From positions 868,001-932,000 of the forward strand of contig AP039689.1 in assembly GCA_051599415.1 (NCBI GenBank): a DNA stretch of 64,000 bases, given 5' to 3'. Under the pieces are notes generated by a model. It saw only the letters and a list, made by a program, of their open reading frames with translations, searched no databases and was not told the DNA's origin. The position numbers and the translations under genes are program-made. Below, piece by piece: positions 53,236-64,000 of this stretch. The number at the start of each line of letters is the position of its first letter. Position 1 is the stretch's first letter. This stretch comes from Savitreella phatthalungensis (lineage: Eukaryota).

Positions 53236-53619
53236 ACTGAAGGGCTGAGAAGCTACTATATCGTGCTCATTTCTGTTAGACAGTGTCTGACTGCTGCCTT
53301 GACAGCGTGTAGGAGGCAACTAATATGCCAATGTCTTTGAGGAGCCTGTGTAACCTGTTCACTTTCTCAGCACACAACGGACCGTGCATGTGATTCATTG
53401 AGATTTTCGTAATTTCTGGATGCACACTCTCAAACAGCAACAAACGCCAACACAGGCAACCAACAAACTTTCAACCCACCGACACTCTCACCTCGCGCCC
53501 TCAGATCACCATCGACAGACCCTTCCCGTCTCTGTTATCCTGTAGAAAGATACAAGGTAGTTCATTTCAGAGCTCAGAGTTGTTCAGCTCGTTCTGATCT
53601 TCACAAGTCTGCCTACACA

Positions 53620-55161
53620 ATGGCAGCGCGACCAGGGAAGCGTAAGGCAGTATCGCCGGTGAACTCGCCACAGGCTGCCAAGCGTGAGCGAAAGTCGATT
53701 GGAGGCGTCGTGAAGGATCTGGAGCGCGTGAAGAACACGAACGGCTCTTCTGGCGGGAGATCGAGCACTGCAAGCAATGCGTCCGTGACAAGAGTTGTCC
53801 GAGCTCCAGTTTCGCGTATCTCGAAGCCCGAGCTTGCACCTTTCCCAGCATCTCCATCGACGCGACCAGTACTAGACACCTTTGTCTTCGGCACAGGCTC
53901 AATGGCCGAGCTCGGACTAGGCCCGGAATCGAAAAACAAAACAGTGAAACGGCCGAGACTAAATCCACACCTAGCTACACTCGACGTCGTCGACGTGTCC
54001 GTGGGTGGAATGCACTCCGTTGCCCTCCTCAGAGACGGCAGACTGGTCACCTGGGGCGTGAACGATCACGGCGCCTTAGGTCGCGACACGACGTGGGACG
54101 GCGGTGTGGTGGACGCAGACGCTGCAGAGGATTCTGACTCTGACAACGAGGGACTGAACCCGAAGGAGTCGACGCCTGCGGCCGTTGAGACGGATGTGAA
54201 GTTTGTCAAGGCTGCAGCGAGTGACTCGTTGAGCGTGGCGATCGATGTCGACGGCGGCCTGTGGGCGTGGGGCACGTTCAGGTGCAGTGACGGCATCCTC
54301 GGATTCAGCGCCACGGACAGAGTCGCTAATCGGCCAACGCGGATCCAGCTCAAGGACAAATTCGCAGACCTCGCACGCGGATCAGACCACGTCCTCGCTC
54401 TCACAACCACTGGCAAGGTGTACGCCTGGGGCAACGGTCAGCAGTTCCAGCTCGGCCGTCGGGTTGTCGAACGAACACGTCTGAACGGACTGGTGCCTCG
54501 TGAATTTGGTCTGAAGAACGTGGTTGGGATCGGCGCAGGGTCATTCCACTCGTTCGCAAGGACGGCTGATGGAAAGGTGTATGCCTGGGGACTCTCGCAA
54601 TTCGGTCAATGCGGTGTACCCATCCACGAGCTTGGTGAAGATGGCGCAGTCGTTGCTGTTCCCACGGAAATCACGGGGCTGACGGGCAAGGAGGTGGTTC
54701 AGGTCACCGGTGGCGAGCATCACTCTATCGCAATCACAAAGAACGGAGACGTCTATGTGTGGGGGCGAATGGATGCATTCGAGCTCGGTCTTGGAAAGGA
54801 GGCGATTGAGGGGGCAAAGGTGGTCAAGGATGCGCAAGGCAAACCACGATTTGTGGCTGAGCCAACCCTTTTGAAGGTCCGTGAAGGAGAAGACCACGAT
54901 GGAGAGCAGGTCAAGGCAAGAGTTGTCTCCTGTGGCTCCCACCACAATATCCTCGTGGACACGAACGGCCATGCGTGGTCCTGGGGATTCGGAGAATCGT
55001 ACCAGGTGGGTCAAGGACCTCAGGATGATGATATCGAACAGCCGACGAGAATCATCAACACCGCCACCAACGGGAAGCAGATGGTGGCGTGTGGGGCTGG
55101 AGGACAATTCTCTGTTCTCTGTGCTCTCAGGGAGGAAAAGCAGGAGGAAAACAAAGTATAG
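53620..55161 (+). CDS. RCC1: Regulator of chromosome condensation RCC1 (Pim1/Prp20), Ran GEF
   Basis: N-terminal NLS, FVFGTGSMAELGLG, GGMH, TWGVND.GALGRDT, WGNGQQFQLGR, GAGGQFS; multiple RCC1 repeats. Confidence 0.95.
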   Translation: MAARPGKRKAVSPVNSPQAAKRERKSIGGVVKDLERVKNTNGSSGGRSSTASNASVTRVVRAPVSRISKPELAPFPASPSTRPVLDTFVFGTGSMAELGLGPESKNKTVKRPRLNPHLATLDVVDVSVGGMHSVALLRDGRLVTWGVNDHGALGRDTTWDGGVVDADAAEDSDSDNEGLNPKESTPAAVETDVKFVKAAASDSLSVAIDVDGGLWAWGTFRCSDGILGFSATDRVANRPTRIQLKDKFADLARGSDHVLALTTTGKVYAWGNGQQFQLGRRVVERTRLNGLVPREFGLKNVVGIGAGSFHSFARTADGKVYAWGLSQFGQCGVPIHELGEDGAVVAVPTEITGLTGKEVVQVTGGEHHSIAITKNGDVYVWGRMDAFELGLGKEAIEGAKVVKDAQGKPRFVAEPTLLKVREGEDHDGEQVKARVVSCGSHHNILVDTNGHAWSWGFGESYQVGQGPQDDDIEQPTRIINTATNGKQMVACGAGGQFSVLCALREEKQEENKV

Positions 55162-55885
55162 ATAGGACGAAAGGAAACTTTGTAGACAAGAAGGAAGACA
55201 AGATCATTCGACCTATTAGCGTGATGAACGGATCGATCGTGAGAGCGGACAAGCCACATCAATGATGATATGATATGAGATTGACTTGAACTGTAGCATG
55301 AGCATACTACGAGACAAACCCAAGGGAGTTTTCTTTTCTGTGCATCTTCGGAACTCTTTTGAATTAACTGCATCTTCGTGCATTCGAAGCAGATCAAGAT
55401 CAGATTTGATCAGATGAGTGAATTCATTCAATCTTGCAATATTGTGCTGTGCATTGATTGGGACATCGTGAAGTATTTACAATAAGTAGTAGGTCAAGGA
55501 CTGTAGTAGCTGACATTTGCTTAAACTTGACACTGAAACTATCAATCGATCAGCCATCTCAACGGTTCACCTTGCACACCTCACCATCACCACCCCTTTC
55601 AATCATCCGACTGCCAATCAACCCTATTTCTCCATCATCGGCACCAACATTATCAGCATCATCGTCATCAATCACGAGTCACCCCTCGCACATTCATTGT
55701 CGTCTTTTCTGTGCTCTTTCCTCTACTCCCTATAGATTTTCATCTGCAGTACTGAAAGGCAAAGAGTCGACAACCGGATCGAGGCTACAAGTTTCCAAAA
55801 TACACGTTCTCTAAGCTTCCCAATATCCCTTCACCCAATCCTTAGCCTTTCTCTCAGCAGGTTGGCCAGGTCATTAATTCCGACC

Positions 55886-57262
55886 ATGCAAATCAACGGC
55901 ACCCGTACTCCTCACGTCAACGGCGTAGCAGCAGCAGCAGCAACAGCAGCCCCACCACTACCGCAGCAGACATCACAACCTGCCCGTCCAAAGCATGACG
56001 ACATCGCATCGTAAGTTCCACTTTATGAGTTTCTCACGTTTATGGTTAATACTCCAGAGTACATTGTACCTGTGGAGTACCTGTGGAGTCTCTTGTCTAT
56101 TGAGCTCTTTGGGCAACACAGGCTAACACTATCCAGTTTCATCTTCAATGCAGGCTTTATTAATGCATCTTTTGCAGATACCCACCTCACACTACGCACC
56201 ACTTCTGCTCAATCTCCACCTCAATCAGAAACTCAGGGTGACACTATGCAGCGTGCTAAATTCCCGTCCTACTCTCTCCATGCCCTGTTCGCTGCAAGAT
56301 CACCAATCATGTACGACCACCTGACCCGCCAGCAGCAGCAACAAGGTGGACCACCTTACGCAGTCGAGCTAGATGCATTCGACAGCGAGATCACCGTTGA
56401 CGGGCTCAATGTCGCTCTAGGCTCCCTATACACGGGTAGAAGCGTCGTCCCTGACGTCGCACTCGCACGTGGCGTTCTCGCTGCCTCTATACTCTTCGGT
56501 CTGGACGTGTTGCGGGATGCTGCCTGGCAGATGTGCACCGATAGCTGGACTTCAAGCGACGAAGGTCTCCGCGAGGGACTCGCATTTTGTCTTGCCCATA
56601 CAGGCAATCATGCTAACGCATCACACGCTGAGTCATCCCAGGTTCCACCAGTCACTTCATCCTCTGGGCTTCCTGGCACGGGCACGCATGCAGGATCTGC
56701 GTCGAACGGCATCCTCTTCGGCGGTCATGCTCAACAACAGCCTCAGCCACATCCACACTCATCACCCGATGCTCACCACCCTGCCTTCTCGCATCTCCAT
56801 AAACAGCCGCCTGGTCTAGAGAGTTCGTCTTCTCGCACAGTCTCGCCGGCGCCACCACTCTCAGCGGGCCTCGGAGCTCCCTTGTCCTCCACTTCCACCT
56901 TCTCACCTCCACCACACGGGGTCACATATGCAAATCTGGCATCTGCACTACTGCCAAAGCTAGTAGAGAAGCTGACAAGAGCGCTACCTGCGGCAGATAA
57001 GGAAGATCTTTTGGTTGGTCTGCCTTTCCAGCTGGTGAAGCAGGTACTCGAGTCGACAGAGCTCGCAAAGCGGCTGCCTTCGATGATGGAGCGCAACGAC
57101 TTTGCTCGCAGGATCCTCGCTGCCAGGAAACCATCACTCGTTCAGGGAGTGGAGGAGACAGTCGTCATGGCATTCACAGGGTCTTCAGGTCTCGAAATCA
57201 TTCGCAGAGAGCGTGGTTCACGGAAGAAGACGTTGTGGAAGGCAACTGCAGGCAGGTCCTGA
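55886..57262 (+). CDS. BTB/POZ-like domain protein, 2 exons (55886-56010, 56137-57262)
   Basis: Intron 56011-56136 (GTAAGT..GCTAAC..CAG, phase 2) yields IASFIFNAGF...SFADTHL; Y.LH....ARSP, IT..GL..ALGSLY and VLAASILFGL are BTB-like. Confidence 0.75.
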
Positions 57263-57683
57263 GCCTCTCAATCAGACATCCTTGCTGCCATTGAGAGGAC
57301 TGCTTCTTCTTCAACGAATTCACACGGTACTTCTAGAACCGTACTATCTATAATTCTAAGCTTCTTATCCTCCAGACATCGTACAATGTCCCAATGGTCC
57401 CCCATGCGCTTGTACGTGGCCTAGGACTGCGTACGAGACCCTGCACCTACAGTTGAAATCAAATATCTTAATCATTGATCGATCACATGTTCGATCAAAT
57501 GTATCATCTCGATATCTCTCAATCTCACTTCTCCCCCACGCACTCCCGCACTCCACATGAGCTTATACTATATTGAGTATTGCGGCAATGCCGATTGAAG
57601 CACACACGCATTCCATCACACATCCTGACGACAGCTCTATCTCTCATCAAATCATCTGCTTCGCTGTACCATCACTGAACATC

Positions 57684-59394
57684 ATGTCGGAGACGTATCT
57701 GACACTCCGGCAACCTGCACTTGATCGACTCGCTGCGTCTATCCCACAGGATCTTCGGCTTTCTCCGGAACAGCGGCAGATACCAACTGGCGTCTACGAC
57801 GTACGCCAGCTTGTTCTGGACACGGGACTTCTCTCTGATGAAGAGGTCGATCTTACATCATCCTACTCCGCCACTGAACTATGTCGGAAACTCGCATCGA
57901 GAGAGATCACGAGCGAGCGTCTCACCAAAGCGTTCCTTCGCCGTGCAGCACTCACCACACAATTCGTCAACTGCTGCTCGTCATTGTGCGGTGAGACTGC
58001 ACTTGCACGTGCACGTGAACTCGACCAGATTCTAGCAGAGACAGGCAAGACCGTAGGTCCGTTGCATGGACTGCCAATCTCCTTCAAGGAATCCATCATC
58101 ATCGAAGGCGAGGTCTCACATGCGAGTTACGTTGCCTTTGTAAACGATGCGCCTGCGAAAGCAGACGGGCTTCTTGCAAGTGCCGTCAGAGCCGCAGGAG
58201 GAATCTGCTTTGCGAGGACAACGCAGCCACAGAGTATCATGTCGCTCGAGTGCCGCAACAACGTGTACGGTGAGACCTTGTTTGGGTGGGATGTGAGACG
58301 GACGCCTGGTGGGTCTTCTGGCGGCGAATCATCTCTCATCTCCATGGACGCCAGTGCTCTTGGAATTGGCACGGACATTGGTGGCAGTGTACGTAACCCG
58401 TCCTCACTCACTGCCGGCTACGCCTTCAGACCGACCACTTTCAGACTCCCAGCGGGCACACGCGGACTTCACAAGGGAAGAGAGACTGTCAATTCATCCG
58501 CAGGACCCATGACTCGCTATCCAGAAGACCTCCAACTCTTTACCGAAGCTCTCATCGCACAAAGGCTTTGGCAGGTAGAGCCATCCTTGCTTCCGTTCGA
58601 CTGGCGAAAGCAAGATGCCTGCCAAGCACTTCCAGACCTGTCACATCTGACAGTCGGCGTCTTCTTCGAGGACGGTCTGGTGAGACCTCTTCCAGCAGTC
58701 TACCGAGCCATCAAAGTCGTCGTCGAAGCGCTGAAAACGGCCGGTGCAGAAGTGATCGATTGGGATTGTGGTGATTTCCATGGCGATCGACACTGGTCGA
58801 TTCTGTCAAGGCTGTACTACCCCAATGGTGCAGAGGACGAGCGGCGAACCTTTGCAGCCGGTGGCGAATCAGCCTGCAAGCTGACACTGGGTCATGACGC
58901 AGCCGGGCGTCAAGGATCATACGCACGATGAGCTAGATAGCCTCCTGCTCGAGCGCAATGCTTTCCGTACCGCGTTCCAGCAGCACTGGCACCACCAAGC
59001 ACAGACGAAAACCAAGCGTAAGAAGATCGACGTCATCTTATGCCCAGCTTCCCCCGGTCCAGCACCGCTAAGAGAAACCACCAAGTACTGGCACTACACG
59101 TCGATCTGGAACCTGGTGGATTTCCCAGGCGTTGCTTTCCCTGCGCCTAAAGCCGCCTGGTGCGATGGTAAACAGGACGCAGCGGACGCAGAAGCGATGC
59201 TAGCTCAACGGCCACTCGCTCCAGGCTCCAAGGAGGAATACGTCTGGACCCAATCATACGGATCGTATGCCGACATGCATGGACTACCGATCGGTCTCCA
59301 GCTCGTCGCCCAAAGGTATCAAGACGAGAAGCTCCTCCGCGCTCTCGAGCTCATAGAATCAGAAGCTTTAGGCAGGTCATCTTCGAGGCCATAG
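57684..59394 (+). CDS. Amidase-signature (acetamidase-like) enzyme with a +1 frameshift near 58887; possible pseudogene or assembly error
   Basis: GPLHGLPISFKE, GGSSGGE and GTDIGGSVRNP (Ser-cisSer-Lys triad) lie in ORF 1; DVILCP, YTSIWNLVDFP and GLPIGLQLV..RYQDE lie in a second frame. Confidence 0.85.
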
Positions 59395-59411
59395 ATATTT
59401 CCAGCAGAATC

Positions 59412-59849
59412 TCAACGAACGTTGACATTAGCGTACCCGTTGGCGCCCCCTGTCGTAGCATCCATTTGACGGCGCTGCCTCTTGACCAGAAATGGTTTTA
59501 GAACAGTGCTGTATAGTAGCAAGCCTCCAGTGACCAAGAGGAACATGATAATGATCACCTCGTCCTTGCGCGATTCTCTCTGGAAGCATTCTGTTACGAC
59601 CGCGTAATCCTTGTCGTCCTTGAACTCATTTTTGCAAGTATCCTCCCCAGCTTGCGCAAAGCAGAACGCCCGCGAGCAGTCACCACAAGGCCGCCCAGGG
59701 TTTGTCGGCGACAGTAGCGGAATAATCGCGTAAGCACCCTTCGTCCCACACGTACACTTGCAGTAGTGCAGCGGCGTCGAAGCTCCCACCACTGCCGCCA
59801 TCGCAAGCATCAGTACAGCAGCAATCACTGCTCGCATTCTCGCAACCAT
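59412..59849 (-). CDS. Small Cys-rich type I membrane protein of unknown function
   Basis: Signal peptide, YCKCTC..C..C...FC...C...CFQRESRKDE followed by a TM segment. Confidence 0.75.
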   Translation of the reverse strand: MVARMRAVIAAVLMLAMAAVVGASTPLHYCKCTCGTKGAYAIIPLLSPTNPGRPCGDCSRAFCFAQAGEDTCKNEFKDDKDYAVVTECFQRESRKDEVIIIMFLLVTGGLLLYSTVLKPFLVKRQRRQMDATTGGANGYANVNVR

Positions 59850-60025
59850 CCTAGATCTTCCCTCTGTGGTATTTGGATCTCTTCATCTTGTGGATGCCTA
59901 CGTGAACGGACTAGAATTATCATCGGCTCCACTCGTTCTCACTAGCATACCACTCTCCCACACACATTACCCAACCACATCAAAGATTTGACTACGCCGG
60001 CATCTGCAAGGATCGCACATCTACC

Positions 60026-60889
60026 ATGTCGTCAGAGTCGCGGCAGCTGCCTGTACCGCATACGCTGACGGCTGATGGGATCAATCGTTCGATCGAGATC
60101 GGTGGCTGGAAGGTAGAGACGCGGAAGGGGCCGATCTCGAGCAGCAAGGCGATCGATGATGCTGAGCGGATGCTCGGGATCCCTGTGCCCGAGATGATCT
60201 TTGGTGACAACTGCGTGCGCGTAACGAGCAAGGTCTCCGGTGCATCCTTCTCCTTCGAGACCCTCCCGGCGCTCGACTCAGTCAGCAAGACAGGTACCTC
60301 ACTCCGCGTCGCACACGCGGACCACTGGTCAAATGCCCGCCAGGACGCAACCTACAACGGTGAGGACATCAAGCAGGTTACGAGAGACTTTGACTGGACG
60401 TATACGGCTGAGTACGCAGGGACGACCTCCGGTGGAAGGGCAGGCAAGTGGGTAGAGACAGAGGAGTTGCTACCGGTGGCGGAGCTAAAGAAGCAGGATG
60501 ACCCGATCCTGTTCTACGACGAGGTCATCCTGTACGAATCTGAGCTTGACGACAACGGCATCTCTGTGTACAATGTGCGCGTGCGAGTGATGGGTCAGCG
60601 AATGCTCGTGCTCGCGCGCTACTTTCTCAGACTTGACAACGTCGTTCTCCGGATCAGGGACACGCGGCTGTACGTCGGATTTGATGACAACAAAGTCCTC
60701 AGGGAGACCCTCTACAGGGAAGCCACCTTTGCAGATGTCAAGTCTAAAATTCCACCACACAGGCACGACGATGCAGCCACACTCCTAGCCGACCCAAACT
60801 GGATCTCAGAAAGGTGTCCCATCGTCGATGGCAAGATGGAAGTATGGCAAGAATCAACACAACCCGCAGCAACAGCAAGAACAATATGA
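60026..60889 (+). CDS. TIP41: PP2A regulator Tip41
   Basis: GIP.PEMIFGDN, FDWTYT..Y.GT, ILFYDEV.LYE.EL.DNGIS...VR.RVM, RLDNV..R.RDTR.Y. Confidence 0.95.
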   Translation: MSSESRQLPVPHTLTADGINRSIEIGGWKVETRKGPISSSKAIDDAERMLGIPVPEMIFGDNCVRVTSKVSGASFSFETLPALDSVSKTGTSLRVAHADHWSNARQDATYNGEDIKQVTRDFDWTYTAEYAGTTSGGRAGKWVETEELLPVAELKKQDDPILFYDEVILYESELDDNGISVYNVRVRVMGQRMLVLARYFLRLDNVVLRIRDTRLYVGFDDNKVLRETLYREATFADVKSKIPPHRHDDAATLLADPNWISERCPIVDGKMEVWQESTQPAATARTI

Positions 60890-60920
60890 TGAACGATTCT
60901 CTCTTCCCTGGTCTACGAAC

Positions 60921-62078
60921 CTAGGCGGCAACCACACGATCCTCGTCCACGTCTTCGTCGACGGTGGCGAGACGGGTGTTGAGGGCGCCTGCGCGCAAGG
61001 GAGGGTACTCCTGGTACTCGCGCGATGCCCGGTGCATCATCGCCTCCTGGTCCCTGTTGAATGCGTCCTTCTCCTGGACCATGAGCATGTGGCCTGCGTC
61101 CGGATAAATACGGCCGTGTGCGTTCAACCCCTTCATCAAATCCGTTGCGCACTCTCCGTGCAGCACCACATCCCGAGCGCCAGCACTCACAAACACGTAC
61201 CTGACCTTCGCAGCCGCCTCCCACAAATTTGCAGGCGTCAGGCTGTGCCTAGCAGCGGCAAACACCTGCGTGTAGTAGTTCCAGTGGTTCTGGCGTGCGG
61301 CGAGAAGCTTCGGCACGGCGTCCTTCGCCAGCAGGCGGTCCCGGGTGTTCTTCCACTCTGGGAAGTCAGGGTCGTGCGCGTACAGGTAGTCCGGTGGGAA
61401 CATGAGGTCGAGCACGCGGCCTGCCTTGTCGGCGTCCTGATTATTCTTGACGAGCCGTGCGCCATTGGCAACATTGGCAGCGGCGAGCGTCGGCGGTCTG
61501 AACTTGGCACATCCGCTCACGATGTGCAAACTCGCAACAAAATCAGGTGCGACCCTCGCAAGCTGCAACCCGACCAGCGCACCAAAGCTAAACCCAACCA
61601 CGTGGACCGTCTTCAACGCATCCGTCCACCCGACACCCTCGATCGCCTCGGCCACCTCGCGCGCATACTGCTTCGTCGATGGCAGCTGGAGTGGAACGTG
61701 TGGCTTGAAGGCCTCTGGACCCCGCAAGTCCAACGTCATCACGCTGTACTCGGTCGCTCTCCTTGCAAAATACTCGATCTGCCAATCCCAAATGCCGGCA
61801 CTCAGAGCGAGCCCGCCCAGGAGCAAGATCCGCGTAGGTCCTTCACCGTAAATCGCGTACGGCAAAGGCACACTCGTCACCAACCCGGACCGCGTAGCCT
61901 TCAGCGGCTCAAGCCGAATACGCGGTACATGAGGCTGACCATTCACCTGCTGAGAGTAGTACCGCGGTACCCTGCCATCAGCAGGCGCAGCAGCACCATA
62001 CTCAGGACGACCGGCGCCGCTGACGTCTCCCTCGACCTGCTGCGCAGGTATTTTGTCGGCAGCTCGGAGGATCGGCAT
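60921..62078 (-). CDS. Alpha/beta hydrolase
   Basis: W..QIEYF, DLRG, nucleophile elbow HVVGFSFGA, G..D.V acid, AGHML histidine. ATG at 62078. Confidence 0.85.
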   Translation of the reverse strand: MPILRAADKIPAQQVEGDVSGAGRPEYGAAAPADGRVPRYYSQQVNGQPHVPRIRLEPLKATRSGLVTSVPLPYAIYGEGPTRILLLGGLALSAGIWDWQIEYFARRATEYSVMTLDLRGPEAFKPHVPLQLPSTKQYAREVAEAIEGVGWTDALKTVHVVGFSFGALVGLQLARVAPDFVASLHIVSGCAKFRPPTLAAANVANGARLVKNNQDADKAGRVLDLMFPPDYLYAHDPDFPEWKNTRDRLLAKDAVPKLLAARQNHWNYYTQVFAAARHSLTPANLWEAAAKVRYVFVSAGARDVVLHGECATDLMKGLNAHGRIYPDAGHMLMVQEKDAFNRDQEAMMHRASREYQEYPPLRAGALNTRLATVDEDVDEDRVVAA

Positions 62079-62516
62079 TGGTGTTTGTGAGGAGGTTGGG
62101 GGAGGGGGCAAAAGAGGTGACTTTTATGGCCGGCGATTTTTGGTCGTCGAGGTTTGCCGGCCGGCTCTTCTGACACGCACGTTTTGTCACAGGTGTAATA
62201 CCCGCTTGTGAGATTGGCAGCTCACACGCAAACAGTGTCATCCACTCACACAGGTGACGAGGCAAAGACGAGCGAAGCGTATCGTCTCAGCTCGACCGCG
62301 CAGTCACTGACAAGTCACAACCTATTCTCACTCGTCTCGCTTCTTCCGCGTGCCAACATGGCAAAATGACGAGATCACCACTCAACCACGCGACGTGGCG
62401 ACCGGCAGTGTTTCACGGAACAACCACAACGAGCGGAGTTATGTCAATGTGATGCAATGCGATCGTATATACTGTACTTGGGAAAGGCTATGATGTGATG
62501 GGGATATGGGAGGAAA

Positions 62517-64000
62517 CTAGTCGGTGTAGCAGCCAAGGGAAGCAGGCTTGACGTTCTTTGCAAACTTGTAGAGGGTACCGCGGTCGTACTTGAGGGGCGG
62601 AGCGACGAATGACTCACGACGCTTCGCCAGCACATCTTCCTCGACGTGTAGATCGATGACGCGCTCATTTGCATCAATCGTGATGGTGTCACCGTCCTCG
62701 ACGAGCGCGATCGGACCTCCTTCCTGAGCCTCTGGGCAGATGTGGCCGATGAGGAAGCCGTGTGAGCCACCTGAGAATCGACCGTCCGTGAGGAGGGCGA
62801 CGTCTTTGCCAAGACCCATACCCATGATCGCTGACGACGGCTTCAGCATCTCAGGCATACCGGGACCGCCCTTTGGACCTTCGTACCGGATCACCACCAC
62901 AGTCTTCTCACCGTGCTTGATCTCACCGGCCTCGAGCGCAGTGATGAAGTGGTCCTCGTCGTTGTAGACCTTTGCCTTGCCTGTGAACGTCAAGCCTTCC
63001 TTGCCTGTGATCTTGGCGACAGAGCCTTCAGGCGCCAGGTTACCGCGCAGGATCTGGATGTGACCGGTCTCCTTGATCGGGTTCGAGAGCGGGCGAATGA
63101 TGTCCTGACCTTCCGGCAGTGCCTTGAACTCGTCCAGGTTCTCTGCCAGGGTCTTACCGGTGATGGTGAGGATAGAGCCATCGAGCAGACCTTCCTTCAG
63201 CAGGTACTTCATCACGGCAGGGATACCACCGACACGGTGGAGGTCGTCCATGACGTACTTGCCGGATGGCTTCATGTCGGCAATGAATGGTACGCGGTCG
63301 GATACCTTCTGGAAGTCCTCGATCGTCAGATCAACACCGGCAGCGCGAGCGATAGCGAGCAGGTGGAGGACGGCGTTGGTGGAGCCACCGATGGCCATGG
63401 TCAAAACCATCGCATTCTCGAAAGCAGCCCTGGTCATGATATCACGTGGCTTGATGTCCTTCTCTAGTAGCACACGAATGGCGCGTCCTGCACGACGGCA
63501 CTCGTCCTGCTTCTCCGGCGAGACGGCAGGGTAGGAAGAAGAGCCGGGCAGAGACATACCCATGACTTCTGCTGCAGATGCCATCGTGTTGGCTGTGTAG
63601 ATACCACCGCAGGCACCTGCACCTGGGCAAGCGTTGCGGATCACATCGTGGCGCTTCTCCTCGTCAATTGTGCCGTTGATGTACTCACCGTACGCCTGGA
63701 AGGCGGAGATGATGTCGATGTCCATGTTGTTCTGGAGCTTCGCGCAGCCGGCCTTGATTGTACCACCGTACACCATGATCGACGGTCTATTGAATCGAGC
63801 CATGGCGATCAGAACTCCCGGCATGTTCTTGTCACAACCAGGAATGGAGATGTTGGCATCATACCACTGTCCACCCATGACGGTCTCGACAGAGTCTGCG
63901 ATGATCTCACGAGACTGAAGGGAGTAGCGCATACCCTTGGTGCCCATTGAGATACCGTCAGACACACCGATCGTGTTGAAACGGTAGCCAATGAGACCTG
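62517..64000 (-). CDS. ILV3: Dihydroxy-acid dehydratase (5' truncated by window edge)
   Basis: [66 protein letters not shown]. Confidence 0.97.
   Translation of the reverse strand, partial: GLIGYRFNTIGVSDGISMGTKGMRYSLQSREIIADSVETVMGGQWYDANISIPGCDKNMPGVLIAMARFNRPSIMVYGGTIKAGCAKLQNNMDIDIISAFQAYGEYINGTIDEEKRHDVIRNACPGAGACGGIYTANTMASAAEVMGMSLPGSSSYPAVSPEKQDECRRAGRAIRVLLEKDIKPRDIMTRAAFENAMVLTMAIGGSTNAVLHLLAIARAAGVDLTIEDFQKVSDRVPFIADMKPSGKYVMDDLHRVGGIPAVMKYLLKEGLLDGSILTITGKTLAENLDEFKALPEGQDIIRPLSNPIKETGHIQILRGNLAPEGSVAKITGKEGLTFTGKAKVYNDEDHFITALEAGEIKHGEKTVVVIRYEGPKGGPGMPEMLKPSSAIMGMGLGKDVALLTDGRFSGGSHGFLIGHICPEAQEGGPIALVEDGDTITIDANERVIDLHVEEDVLAKRRESFVAPPLKYDRGTLYKFAKNVKPASLGCYTD

Noticed and set aside
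56066..56089. 11-bp tandem duplication GTACCTGTGGA x2
   Set aside because: Lies inside the BTB gene intron; most likely neutral slippage.
60828..62090. 420-aa plus-strand ORF
   Set aside because: Antisense shadow of the GC3-rich alpha/beta hydrolase; no recognisable motifs.
1..64000. CRISPR arrays, intact transposons, rRNA or snRNA genes
   Set aside because: No repeat-spacer arrays, transposase/RT/integrase motifs or recognisable rRNA/snRNA sequence seen.

Overview
Eukaryotic (fungal) genomic DNA: compact, intron-poor and about 55% GC by eye. Short (mostly 50-60 nt) GT-AG introns with CTGAC/CTAAC branch sites and the fission-yeast-like gene set (dsc3, pim1/RCC1, psm3/SMC3, abh1) suggest an early-diverging ascomycete, possibly Taphrinomycotina; this is inference. 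About 33 protein-coding genes are supported: GH28 (partial), Dsc3, 3-beta-HSD-like, two MFS transporters, two SDRs, glutaryl-CoA dehydrogenase, Dph1, GH72, Dus4, p24, a DHX30/36-like helicase, AlkB, isochorismatase, She9, Apt1, F-box/WD40, cyanase, Smc3, a Nop8-like RRM protein, RCC1, a BTB protein, amidase, Tip41, an alpha/beta hydrolase, Ilv3 (partial) and several unknowns. There is also one intron-containing tRNA-Trp(CCA) and a few simple repeats. The most striking observation is a single uninterrupted ORF joining the Fe-S enzyme Dph1 to a Yae1-like deca-GX3 domain, an adaptor of cytosolic Fe-S cluster assembly. Other notable points are a +1 frameshift in an otherwise intact amidase, a 54-aa spliced microprotein absent from the ORF track, a splice-dependent PTS1-like tail, and extremely tight convergent gene ends. 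All family assignments come from motif recognition by eye; no database search was run.
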